DNA from: Octopus sinensis | Taxonomy: Eukaryota | Reading direction: 5' to 3' | DNA: 64,000 nt | Assembly: GCF_006345805.1 (NCBI RefSeq) | Contig: NC_043002.1 | Location: 101,866,001 to 101,930,000, forward strand | Shown: positions 36,534 through 49,583 of the stretch, piece by piece | Position numbering within the stretch: the first letter of the stretch is position 1 | Layout of the letters: every line of letters starts with the position of its first letter | Position numbers and translations under genes: made by a program | The notes under the pieces: model-generated | Seen by the model: the letters and a program-made list of their open reading frames with translations, nothing else | Told to the model about the DNA's origin: nothing | Database searches by the model: none

Positions 36534-36593
36534 GCCATATACGCGTTTCGAGATTAAAGTGTTTTAATTACTTCCTTCTCTCTTCAGTGTAGC
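36534..36593 (-). ncRNA. Type-I minimal hammerhead ribozyme motif (HHR-1)
   Basis: GCUACA-CUGAAGA-GAGA..UCUC-GAAAC-GC-GUA-UAUGGC: complete core, 4-bp stem II, palindromic minimal stem III. Confidence 0.8.
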
Positions 36594-36844
36594 ATTTTCA
36601 ATTATAAAATTTGAAAGTGCTAGTGGCACACGATCGAGCGACATCTTACAACAGATATCCAACCAATACTTCCAAAATTTACACAGTGGAATGTGAATAC
36701 ACTATTTATTCAGAGCCCTTGTACCCACGTGTATGTTACGAGCAGTACCGGAGAAAACTACAGTATTCTATCATGAAGAAATCATAATTTCAAATTAATA
36801 ATAAGGGGGTAAATAAATTGATTAATCTTATTATTAATTTGAAA

Positions 36845-36933
<89 letters not shown>

Positions 36934-37994
36934 CTAGCCAACACAGTGAGACAGACATACAACAGCCTAATAGCATTCAGTCAAGCATAAATTAATGTCA
37001 AGCATTAATTTAGAGAGTAACAAGTTTCCCTTTTTCCAATACAAAGTATCGCCCAACATTAAATAGTAATGATTCTGTTTTGGTTTTCCTGGAGACTAAA
37101 AGCCACCAAAGAACTCCACAAAATCAGTTCAGTTCCGTTAGAGCCAACTTAGTGCTCTTTAAACACCAGCTTATCATGTTATTTCTCAGTTTATGGTCAT
37201 TTGGGGAATAAACAATTTATTTTTTTTCTTTTACAATCATGCAAAGAAATATTAAGGTTATTTTTTCGTGTGGAGTGGGTGTATACTTTGTATACACATT
37301 TTTGTTAGTGAGTTGCAGTATAGTCAATCGGTTGTATCATCTGTTAGAGAGGATTATTGGAAAAGGCAGTGGGACAGGTTATATATTTCATATCAAATAT
37401 AAACGGTTAGTGAGCTAGAAAGATAACTGGTGTCTATTTATTGTTATTTATAACGTTAATATCATCGTTTCATGACTAAACCAGATTACTGTAAGATGTG
37501 TATATTTCTACATTTTTCATTCAATGTTTCCTCTGTCGATGTTTGTATATTACTGTGTATGCATGTGTGTCTTTGTAAGTGTGTGCGTGTGTGCATAGGG
37601 GATAGGTGTACGGATGTGTGTAAAGTATATAGTATGTGTATGTGTGTGTGCGTGAATGCTTGTTGTATATTTGTGTGTGTGCTTTAGGTTAGCTGATAAT
37701 TTCTGTATGAACTTTGTTAGCAATTTTCCATTTATTTCTGAATGCTGACGCACACATACACAAACATACGTACATTTCTGCACTATTTCTCAGACACACA
37801 CACATGAACTAACGCACACACACACACACAGATTCTCTGTTTCTGCCTGTCTGTCTGTCTCATACATACTCATATACACACAGGCACAAGCAAACACACA
37901 CGCACAAAATATTTTTTTTTGTTCTCTTCAAATCGTTGATGTATTCATTTTATCATTAATACATCGTTGTGCGTTTGTAGGCATGTATGATTTT

Positions 37995-38014
37995 GTGTAC
38001 GTGTTTGTGTGCGC

Positions 38015-38109
<95 letters not shown>

Positions 38110-38118
38110 CATATAATA

Positions 38119-38161
<43 letters not shown>

Positions 38162-38171
38162 TATATACATA

Positions 38172-38221
<50 letters not shown>

Positions 38222-38420
38222 TATATGTATACATATATACATACATGTATATATATATATATAGACAGATATAGATGGATATACATATATAAATAGTCAT
38301 TTTTATATTTGGATATGCATACATATAGACATGAACACAAACACACACACACACGCATATATATTATATATATATACATACACAAAAATTATATATATAT
38401 ATATATATGTGTGTATGTGT
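37995..38420. repeat. (TA)n/(TACA) compound microsatellite
   Basis: Seen directly. Confidence 0.95.
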
Positions 38421-39004
38421 GTGTGTCTGCTTTGATATAAATGCACTATGTTTTCAAGTGTTTTTTTTTCTTCTCTACCAATAAAAAAAATATAGAATAT
38501 AAAAACTAAAAGCTAACCCAGCCAGAGCTATCTACAATATATCAAAAGCATTTAAAAGTTCCATAGTACAGTTTTGTGAAAAGTAAAATATTGAAACTAG
38601 ATTTTCAAATATATTCTCCATGAATGAATTTTCGAAAAGAAATCTTTATTTAATACTTTGAATGATGACTATATTCAGTATAGCTTAGGCCATCTCCAAA
38701 TTCACCAAATTCTAGAAATTGGTAAATAAAGCCATTTATACGTAAATACATATACATACACACACTCACAAACTCGGCTATCTATTTATAAATCTATCTA
38801 TTTTTCTATCTACACACACGCATACACATATATATACAGACTGACATGTGTGTGTGTGTATACATACACACACCAATACATACATATATATGTTATTAGA
38901 TACATGTATATGAATGCATATTCATGTGCCCCAGCACAACCGAAGCTGTATAGCTGAAACAAACATTGGAATAAAAGAAAGAAATGAATATGTATATGTA
39001 CTTA

Positions 39005-39345
<341 letters not shown>

Positions 39346-40513
39346 CGCACAAAAATATATAGAGATTAAAGACACTTCTTCACCAGAACAGCTCCATTTT
39401 ATTGTGTGTATGTGTGCATGTATACGTGTATATAATGTGAATACTTACATATCCTCACACACACGTATATACACTCACTATTTGTATGAGTGTATATTAG
39501 GGAACTATGACAAATTTATATATAATGTTTGAATATATTGTCGATCATCTGTCCATACATTATGGAACACAATTTGAAATACCATCAGAAATAGCTTTTT
39601 AGATTGCTTGATTTAACTGTCATTAATCGATGGAATCTATATGATGTTCTCTTATCATTTATATTTTCGTACTTTGAAATACTTCGCCGAAATTCAGGAA
39701 CTGATATGCTTACATTTCTTAGCACCGTTCTTTCTTAAGTTCAAATCAAATGAAATATCCATGTTTTGTGTATATCAGCCTAATTGTATCCTATATTTGT
39801 GATAGACAAATGCAGGTCTATCAAATATCATACAACATATAGTTTTGATTTATTAAAATTGCCTCCGCCTCTTGACAATGTCGTAATTACCAAATGACCG
39901 TTCAAACATGCTTCATAAGAAAGGGAGGTAATCTGATGAGTCAAAACTTTCCCACACTAGACATGCTATTAAAGAAAGGATAGGGTCACAGTTTGGAGAG
40001 ATGTAGACATTGATGGGAACGTGTTACGAACTCAGTATCCGTCACCAGTTTGACAATACGCCGACCATCTCTCTAGTAGCCAAAAGTTTTAAATTGATAC
40101 AAAAATGTGAAACACATTTATGGTCTAAATAATTAAAATATATTCCACAAAAATGCCCCCAGCGAAATACCTCAAAATGGTCTATAACATGTATTTGAAT
40201 AACATAGACAAATAGAGTTATGCTAACTTATTATACAACATGAATTCTGGTCTCACCTTTAAAAGATCTTTTTAAATAAAAGCGAGGTTATTTATTTGTA
40301 GGATCCTAACAACTTTTGACAAAATCTTTTGTGTATATAGTTACGTTCGTCTACTTTCCGACTTTGGTTCATTGATATGTTGCATTTATTACTAACTTAA
40401 TCTTATGGCAGGAGTAGTGCTCATGATATTTTCCAGTCCTCCGAGGGCGACTAGCTTCGAAACCGTTACTGCGCTGTTGAAATTGTTACAAGAAAGAGAT
40501 AAGAGCAGATTTA

Positions 40514-40547
<34 letters not shown>

Positions 40548-41427
40548 GTTTCAAAGTTTGTAGATCAGCTGAAGTTTTGTTGAATTTGAAGAGTTGATAA
40601 TTTGGTGAGGTATACACATATTTATCAGAGTGGATTGGTATCTTCAGAAACTATAGTTTAAATGAAACATCTCCTTGTTTTAAAATACATTTAATTTTAA
40701 ACTTATTTCTTTTCAAATATCTTTTAGTCTATTTAAGGTAACGTCGCATTGTAAAGTTTCTAGTTTATTTTAGAATATTCTGGTTTATTTACCGTCGTGG
40801 TTCAAGTATTGTTGGCAATTTGAAGTAACGTCGTATATTATGAGTTTATATCATATTTATTTGAAACAAGTTCATATATTAAAATCGTGTACATGATTTG
40901 GAGCAGTGTCCTATGTTTAAGCACATCTAGTTTCATTGAAGCCGCGCGTAGTTTTCAAAAAGTAGCGATTATTTCAATCAATGTCAAAATCAAGATATTC
41001 AAATTAATTTAGTATATCGCGTATTTTATTAGTGTTACTATTTTAGTTATTGAAAGGCGATGTCATTTTAATAATGTGATACAAAAAAGAAACAAAACAA
41101 ATTTATTCATACTTTTTATTTCTCGTAAGATGTTTTGGACTTTGAAGAAATATGAAGTATACTCCAGTCTAGTGCGGTTACGTGACTTTTTGGGCCTTGA
41201 TGTTGTAAAACGTTTTAAAAGGATTTATCTTTCTATGCTTTTCCGTTCCGTCTGGAAATTTCAAGGTATTAAATCGGAAATATTTTAATCGTCGGAAATC
41301 CGTTGACAAAAACAAATCGTAAAAAATAAACAACTCTAGGAAAATATAAAGAAAAGAAAGTTCAAAAGCAGAAACTGAAATCGAAAGTTCATAAACAAAT
41401 TTGAAATCAAACAATATTTCAGTCCGT

Positions 41428-41845
41428 TAAGGCGGCGAGCTGGCAGAGACGTTAGCACGCCGGGCGAAATGCGTAGCCGTATTTCGTCTGCCGTTACGTT
41501 CTGAGTTCAAATTCCGCCGAGGTCGACTTTGCCTTTCATCCTTTCGGGGTCGATAAATTAAGTACCAGTTACGCACAGGGATCAATATAATCGACTTAAT
41601 CCGTTTGCCTGTCCTTGTTTGTCCTCTCTGTGTTTAGCCCCTGGTGGGTAGTAAAGAAATGGAAATAGGTATTTCTATTTCTATCGTCAGCCGTTACGTT
41701 CTGAGTTCAAATTCAGCCGGAGTCGACTTTGCCTTTCATCTTTTCGGGGTCGATTCAATAAGTACCAGTTTCGGATTGGGGTCGATATAACCAACTTAAT
41801 CCGTTTGTCTGTCCTTGTTTGCCCCCTGTGGGCAATAATGAAATA
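41428..41845 (+). mobile_element. SINE family A dimer flanked by a 15-bp TSD
   Basis: Head TAAGGCGGCGAGCTGGCAGAG plus two bodies; AATATTTCAGTCCGT at 41413-41427 and 41846-41860. Confidence 0.92.
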
Positions 41846-41963
41846 AATATTTCAGTCCGTAATTTGCTTGGAATCTTGATTTCAGTTTAGATTTTGTGCA
41901 ATTATTGTACATGTTCACCTTTTGTCCACATATGTCAGTTTCACTTGTGCATATATTGCATCA

Positions 41964-42005
<42 letters not shown>

Positions 42006-42409
42006 CACGCACACACATACAAACGCACGCATACATACGCACTTTGGTTTCCTTAAACGAGCGCTATTTGTCTGTCTGTCTCTCTTTCTGCCTCCCTGGC
42101 TTTCTGTCTATCAGTGTATGTGCGCGCACAGTTATTTTTCCTGATGTAATACAGGCAATGAATCGGCGAGTAGGCTCTCGTTATTCTTCACTCCTAAATC
42201 AATAAGAAGTTATTTGAAATATGTTTCAATATGTAATTCGTAACCATTATTTTAGTTGAAAACTATATTTTTAATTGTGTGTGTGTAAAAGTATTTGGGT
42301 CGACCTCTAAACGTCTGTCTGCTCTGCCAAGTAGATTCTACTGTTTTCTAAATGTGTCAAACACAAAAAGTCTGGATCTCAATATTATGCCTTTGATTAT
42401 TGTCAGCGC

Positions 42410-42600
42410 ACCAGGCAAAATGTTTAACGGTATTTCTTCTAGCTCTTTACGTTCAGAGTTCAAATTCCTCCGAAATCCATTTGGCAATTCACTTCTCAGC
42501 GTCGATAAAATAAGTAATAGCTGGGCACTTAATTCGATAAAATTGACTCCTTCTCCATTCAAAACTGATGGCCTTCTACCTAAATACGAAATGTGTATTG
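42410..42600 (+). mobile_element. Old diverged SINE family A
   Basis: GGTATTTC...ACGTTCAGAGTTCAAATTCC...GTCGATAAAATAAGTA. Confidence 0.6.
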
Positions 42601-42941
42601 TACTGGCTGCTCAATAATCACACACGAGACAAACGAGCAAGCATAACTTATCCAAGTATTTGTAACTGCTTTCGCGTAGGACCTGTAAAAGCGATCTATA
42701 CTCTCTCTCAAATCATCTGGGTTTATATCACCCTTGTATCAGAAAGTTTTAACCAATGATATGTATTTGGCAATAAACGCAGGGAATTATGGAACCCATT
42801 TGAAATCATATGAATTAATTCTACTTAAATGTGATATCTATGTTTAATTAAGGACCGATTCACTGGAATAAAGTAAAGGATTCCTATGTCACCTAAAATA
42901 ACTCCTTGCTGAGTCATTCGATACTGAGCAGAGTATCTATA

Positions 42942-43008
<67 letters not shown>

Positions 43009-43462
43009 AGAGTAGAGAGGCAAGTTTTGGTGAATGTAGATGGGTGAATGTAGCAAGGATGGCACGTATGAATGACGAAGCCACCTTGACTATGATTCTA
43101 TGAACCATAAAAATTAATACAGAGAGTTGCTTATTTGCAAAAAAAAAAAGAAAAAAAAAGAAATATAACATGTGACTTCATTGACCGAGGTTACCGTGGT
43201 CTTTTCCGTAGGCTTTTCTTTCCACGGGTAAACCTCACCTGTCCTCCCCTTTACACTTCATATTGACATTTCTGTGATAACGATCCCTATTGATCAATTT
43301 TTTTTCCTCTCCCCCTTTTTTTTAACCCCCCCCTTTTTTTGTCCTCTTTCTCTCCTTTTACGATCCCTTTTGATCGAAACTCCCCCCTCCTTTTTTTTTT
43401 TATAACCTTCAAAAGAAATTTGTTCTATCTGTGTGCAGCCCTGTGTGGCTAATAAAGAAACA
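43009..43462 (+). mobile_element. 5'-truncated L1/Tx1-like element (last ORF2 codons plus 3' UTR) embedded in (TATC)n
   Basis: RWVNVARMARMNDEATLTMIL* is homologous to the end of the element at 62610-64000; AATAAA at 43451; TATC arrays on both sides. Confidence 0.75.
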
Positions 43463-43619
43463 TATCTATCTATCTATCTATCTATCTATATATCTGTCTG
43501 TCTATTTATCTGCCTGTCTGTCTATCTATCTTTCTATCTATTTATCTATCTATATATCTGTCTATCTGTCTGTCTGTGTGTCTATCTATCTATATGTATG
43601 TGTTTATATACTTTTATAT

Positions 43620-44025
43620 TTTACTTGTTTCAGTAATTCGACTCAGGCCATGCTGGAGTAGTGCCTTGAAGAATTTTTGTAGTCGAATGAATCGACCCCA
43701 GTACTTTAACTTTTAAAAACATAGTAACTACTCTATCGGTCTCTTTTGTGGAACCTTTATGTCACAGACGTAAACACATCATCACCGGTTATCAACCGGT
43801 AGTTGAGGACAAGCAGAGACACAAAATCCCACATAGACGCATCACACTCTCCATGTATATATATACATGATGGATTCTTTCAGTTTCCGTCTACCAAATC
43901 CAGTCACAAGGTCATCCCGGAGCTATGACACTAGACACCTGCCCCGAGTGCCACGCAGTGGGACTGAACCTAGGACCATGTGGTTGGAAAGCAATATTTC
44001 ATACGACACAGCCACGCCTATAGTA
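43620..44025 (-). mobile_element. SINE family B, diverged full length
   Basis: Tail TTACTTGTTTCAG...GGCCATGCTGGAG and head GCCACGCAGTGGGACTGAACC. Confidence 0.8.
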
Positions 44026-46109
44026 TGATATAATATGGAATGTGTATGATTTTAGTTCTATGACTCACTTCTTTATGCCACCATTTATTTTTGTTGCTAT
44101 GAAGAAGGTCGAATTCATATTCAGGTTAAATCTAACAAAATGTTTTATTGGAAACTAAAAAAGTATATTTGTTGCAATAATACTAACATTAACGAATGAA
44201 AGCAGAAACTTTCTAGAAAATATTTCACTGGAATATATTCTCTTCTAAGTAGAATATGGAAACCTTCGAATACAAAAGTAGTCTTGACCAATATTGGAAG
44301 CTTTCTGCACTTAAGATATTTTCCTTATACATACAACGTATTCGCATAGTTAGTGACTTACCTAATAACTGGAAGAAAACAAAATTGATATGTTTATAAT
44401 CTTATACAATCGATCTGTTATGCTTTTCTTCCTTTTCCCAAGATAAGCTTTTAAGTTGGATGGCAATAGTGAAAAAATAAAAATATAAAAAAAAAACAAC
44501 AACATAATAATAATAATCAATCGTATGTTAGATTCTTTAATCCTTCGACTAAAGCAAAACGAAGAATCGGAGAGAAATAAAGAAAACTATTTGTAGTAAG
44601 GAGAAGTTTTTCGAGTTGTGCACACAGAGCGCACCCACCACGACCACCACCACCACTCGAACAAACCATGCAGCATTACACACAAACATGGCGGAGCCAA
44701 TACAATTGAAATGGATGTCTCAACAAGAGGCGAAATGTTTGAGGAGCGGCTGTTAAGGCAGAAATGTTTTAGCGGAGTTGCTTACTTTCCAATTCCGTTG
44801 ATGTTATTTTCGGTCTACTTCATAGCGATGCCTTCAACAGATGTACACAGCCTGAGGACTCAAAGAGCAGCAATTGTACATTCTTAGCACTGACTGGCTT
44901 TATAATCAAAGTTTCATTTAAAGAATGTGCAAGTGGTTGTTTCGGCGAAGTGGCGATGATGGCGGTGGCTGCGTTAATGGTGGTGGTGGTGGTGGTGATA
45001 GAAGTGGTGTGTGGTGGGGGGAAATTAGTCCTCTTAAGTTAAAGATAGTCATACATATTGTATAGCCACTAACAAACGAACCGATCTTTAATTGTATTTG
45101 GCAGATTTATATCTCCCTTCTGGCTCACCGTAATTGCTAGGTTTAAATGATGTTTTTCAACTGTGGAGAACAATGAGAGAGAGCAGAATGGACAGATATA
45201 CATACATGCACACACACATATATATATATAGATATATATACATGTATATATAGATATATATATTTGCGTGTGTATATATATACACACACACACACACATA
45301 TATATGCGTGTATATGTATGTATATATACAGACAGGCAGACAGACCGGCAAACGAAAAAGAGAGAAATATAGAAAGTGATAATAAGGAGAGAGTGAGTGA
45401 GTGTGTGTGTGTGTGTGTTGTGTGTGTGTGTGCAGTTGCATGTGATATAAAAGGAGAAAGATGGCGTAGGAGGAAACAGAAATATTGAGTGAGAGCGCGA
45501 TACAATAAGCAATGGCGATAGAAAGAAAGTAAGAGAGAAGAAGCGGGTTCGGTGGAGGGAGAAGCGAAAGAGAAAGGTTAAAGAAAACCCCTGCAGCAGT
45601 TATCTATTTTAGTGCTTATCAAAGATAGCTCGCAATCGAATAACATTTCCTTTGAAAATACATTTTTAAACGCAGTACTTTGGTGGCGCTGGGAGCTTTT
45701 AAAGTCGGACGTAAATTAGTCAGGGAAGTTGAGAACACTTTAAAAGTTTTCAAATCAAAAAGTTGAAATAACACACCAGCTGCCCACCTTTAACGAAGCA
45801 GCTGCTGCTGATGTATACAGCTTAAGAGCCGTTCTTCAATTTATTCACTCACAACAAAGGAGAGCGATAATTCGACAGGAAAAGTTTGGAGTTGTTATTT
45901 TCTCCAGGAAGTTCAGCCCGGTCCTGTCATAGTCAAGATTATGTTATGTCTTCGTATGAGCTGTGTGATATAGACACTGCTTATTCTTAAAAAAAAGTGC
46001 GGGTTTCTATTCCTGGTCGATATTATTATTAATTTCATTCTTATCAATGAACGCCACAAATTCGCGTACGGCTTGCTCTAAAATGTAAGATTTTAGCAAA
46101 ATAAAATTT

Positions 46110-46320
46110 TCTTCTCAATTTGGCAAAAGGCCAGAAATGTTTTGTGGGGAATTTAGTTACAGCGACTCCAGTGAGGAGGTGGTCCTTTTTTCATCGACTT
46201 CGAAAGGATAAAAAGCAGAGTTAGCATTCGCGGAATTTGAAGTTAGGATGTAAAAAGTGGACGAAACCCCGCTAAGCATTTTGTCCGGTACTCAAACTAA
46301 TTCGCAAGCTCGCAGCCGTT
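46110..46320 (-). mobile_element. Old diverged SINE family A
   Basis: ATCGACTTCGAAAGGATAAAAAGCAGAG...CGCTAAGCATTTTGTCCGG. Confidence 0.6.
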
Positions 46321-47022
46321 TTCAAAATATAAATAAGACTATTTTTTAGACACAAGTCAGCATAATTGAACACACATATGAATAAAAGAGTCCCAGTGAT
46401 AACCATGGCGTCGCTTGGTCATGTGTTGCGTAGGGTGATTTGTGTGCCACTTCCAGCATGTCGAGTGACCACGTAGAGACAAATCTACGTTGCTACTATT
46501 GGTGGAAACGTTTCTTTATCGTTCGACAATGAAGTTCAGTCAAGCGAAGAATTTGGTCCTGAATAAATGTGTCAAGAGATAAAAGTTATCCAAACACGTG
46601 TAACACTTAACGTAGTCCTCAAACTCAGCTATTCTGCTCCTCATTACTAACTAATTGTTAACGCGCCATCCAAATGTTGTATTATTTGATTCTCTGTCTT
46701 GATTTTTCAATAGCAATTTCCTTACAGCTTTATCCAGCAACTATGTGGTTCTTTGTAGCAAAAGAAATATGTGCAATGGTGACTAGATAATACCAAAAGA
46801 CTTTTCACGGTCCTATTTGGTTATATGATTCTGCAAATATTTCCAGAATATAGATGTGTCTCACATCGGTACAACACCTACAGCAAATACACAGAAGATA
46901 AAAGAATAAGAAAATGAGCTCCAAGAGGGCACATCTAGGATATTAACAATACTTACATAATGTTACACACACACACTCCCATGTATGTATAGAGAAGGAT
47001 AGAGGGAAATTGAGAGTGAGAT

Positions 47023-47053
<31 letters not shown>

Positions 47054-47114
47054 ACACATATCTACACACTCACATACACACAGACAGACAGACAGACACA
47101 CACCACACACACAT

Positions 47115-47262
47115 ATATACGACGGGTTTCTTTCAGTTTCCGTCTACCTAATCCACTCATAAAGGTTTGGTCAGCCCGAGGCTACAATAGAAGAAACTTG
47201 CCCAAGGTGCAGTGGGACTGAACTCGGAACCATGTGGTTGGTAAGCAAGCTTTTTACCACAC
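47115..47262 (-). mobile_element. SINE family B 5' fragment
   Basis: ACGACGGGTTTCTTTCAGTTTCCGTCTACC...ACCATGTGGTTGGTAAGCAAGC. Confidence 0.85.
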
Positions 47263-47303
47263 GTGAATATTACCTGTATATATATATATATAAAAGATGT
47301 GTT

Positions 47304-47343
<40 letters not shown>

Positions 47344-47361
47344 TATATATATATATATATA

Positions 47362-48441
47362 TATTGGGGTCAGCCCATAACTAATGAGGTTTTATCAACT
47401 GAAAAGACTAAAATTCGGAGGGGAATGGGATAAACTACCTTCATCAAAACTTCCTGTAAATAAATGCAGGTATTAATTTTAACGTATTTCTATTCTTAGT
47501 GCAATTTTGAAGAGTGTAGTTCGATTTTAACACCTATTTTTAGAGAGCTATAATGGAAGTGACAAAGGAGCATATTCCGCATATTTTGTTTTACGAGTTC
47601 AATAAATGTAACAGCGTAATGGAAAGAGCGAGGAATATTAATGCAGTATATGGGGATCGAACAATAAGCCTAAGCGAGGTTCAACGGTGGTTTCAGAAAC
47701 TCCCAGCCGGAAACTACAGCCTAGAAGATAAGCCTGGAAGATCTGTAGAACACAACGAGGACGTCCAGCAGACACTGGTGGAACACAATCCCATCGTAAG
47801 TGTTGAAGAACTAGCAGAGAATCTTGTATTTGGTTTTCAACCATTCATTGACACTTGAGTACCATCGGAAAAGCTAGCAAATTAGGTCAATGGGTTCCTC
47901 ACAAACTTTCCGCGTCTCATCGCGCGAAGAGAGTAAAAATGTGACCTTTACTGTCACGTCTCATGAATGAACCATTTTTGACCAAATAGTGACTGGTGAC
48001 GAGAAATGAGTTCTCTATAAAAATTTCAAGCGCCGACAAAGTGGACAGGAAAAGGAGAAATACCAGCACCCCAGGCTAAAGATGGACTTCACCTACGTAA
48101 AGTGTTGTAATCTGTTTAGTGGGATATAAAAGGTGAAGTCCATCTTGAACTTTGAATCCCAAACAAAAAAATAACAAAAGAGATTTATTCTGCAAGCAGC
48201 TTGAGCGGCTTAAGTCAGCGCTAGAAGAAAACGACCATCTTCGGTTTCAAGACAAAAGGTATTCTTTCATCGGAATAATTTTCGGCCACATATAGAGAGG
48301 ATGACATTCCAAAGGCTGGACCAGTTTGAATGGAAAACGAAACCGCACTCACCATATTCGCCGGACATTGCTCAATTTGATTTTCATTTATTCTGCAATC
48401 ATGAAACTAATTTGGACGGAAAACATATGGATTCCGTATAG
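47362..48441 (+). mobile_element. Mariner (DD34D-type) transposon remnant; transposase pseudogene starting at 47553
   Basis: MEVTKEHIPHILFYEFNK N-terminus, WVPHKL, IVTGDEK*, FHRNNFRPH (HDNARPH box), PHSPYSPDIA; frameshifts and stops; TA plus putative left TIR at 47362; no right TIR seen. Confidence 0.92.
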
Positions 48442-48621
48442 TAGTACTGCAGCGTGTGACCATCACGGGTTGTCGATGTGAAGTACTTCCCAATGCAAAT
48501 ATTGATAGGGTATAGAAAGTGTGTCAATAGCTAGCTGGAAGATGTGTCTTCCTGAGGCTACAAGCTGCAGTAGCATCCATCGATAAGGGATAGCCACATT
48601 TAAGTGACAAATATACTTCCC

Positions 48622-49391
48622 TATATATCTATATATATATATATATATATATATGTCTACATATGTACGTATATATATGTATATATATATGTATATATAT
48701 ATATATATGTATGTATATATATATATATATGTATGTATATATATATATATGTATGTATATATATATATATGTATGTATATATATACATGTATGTATATAT
48801 GTATATATATATTTGTATATATATATATGTATATATATGTATATATATATATGTATATATATATGTATATATATGTATATATATATGTACATATATATAT
48901 ATACATATGTGTGTATATATATGTGTATATATATGTGTGTATATATATATGTGTATATATGTATATATATGTATATTATATATATGTATATATGTATATA
49001 TATATATATGTATATATATGTATATATATATATGTATATATATGTATATATATGCATATATATGTATATATATGTATATATATATATGTATTTATATATG
49101 TATTTATATATGTATGTATATATGTATATATATATGTATATATATATATGTATATATATATGTATATATATGTATATATATGTGTATATATGTATATGTA
49201 TATATATATGTGTATATATATATATGTATATATATATGTATATCTATATGTATATATATATGTATATATATATATATGTATATATATGTATATATATATA
49301 TATGTATATATATGTATATATATATGATATAATATATATGTAATATATATATGTATAATATATATGTATTATATATATGTATATATATATG

Positions 49392-49422
<31 letters not shown>

Positions 49423-49538
49423 GTATATATATATATGTATATATATATATATAGTATATATATATGTATATATATATAGTTATATTATTATATATATATA
49501 TATGTATATATATTATATATATATAATATATATATATT

Positions 49539-49583
<45 letters not shown>

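Noticed and set aside
44618-44887. 89-aa His-rich ORF
   Set aside because: Starts at a non-ATG codon, the His run comes from a CAC repeat, and there is no recognisable domain
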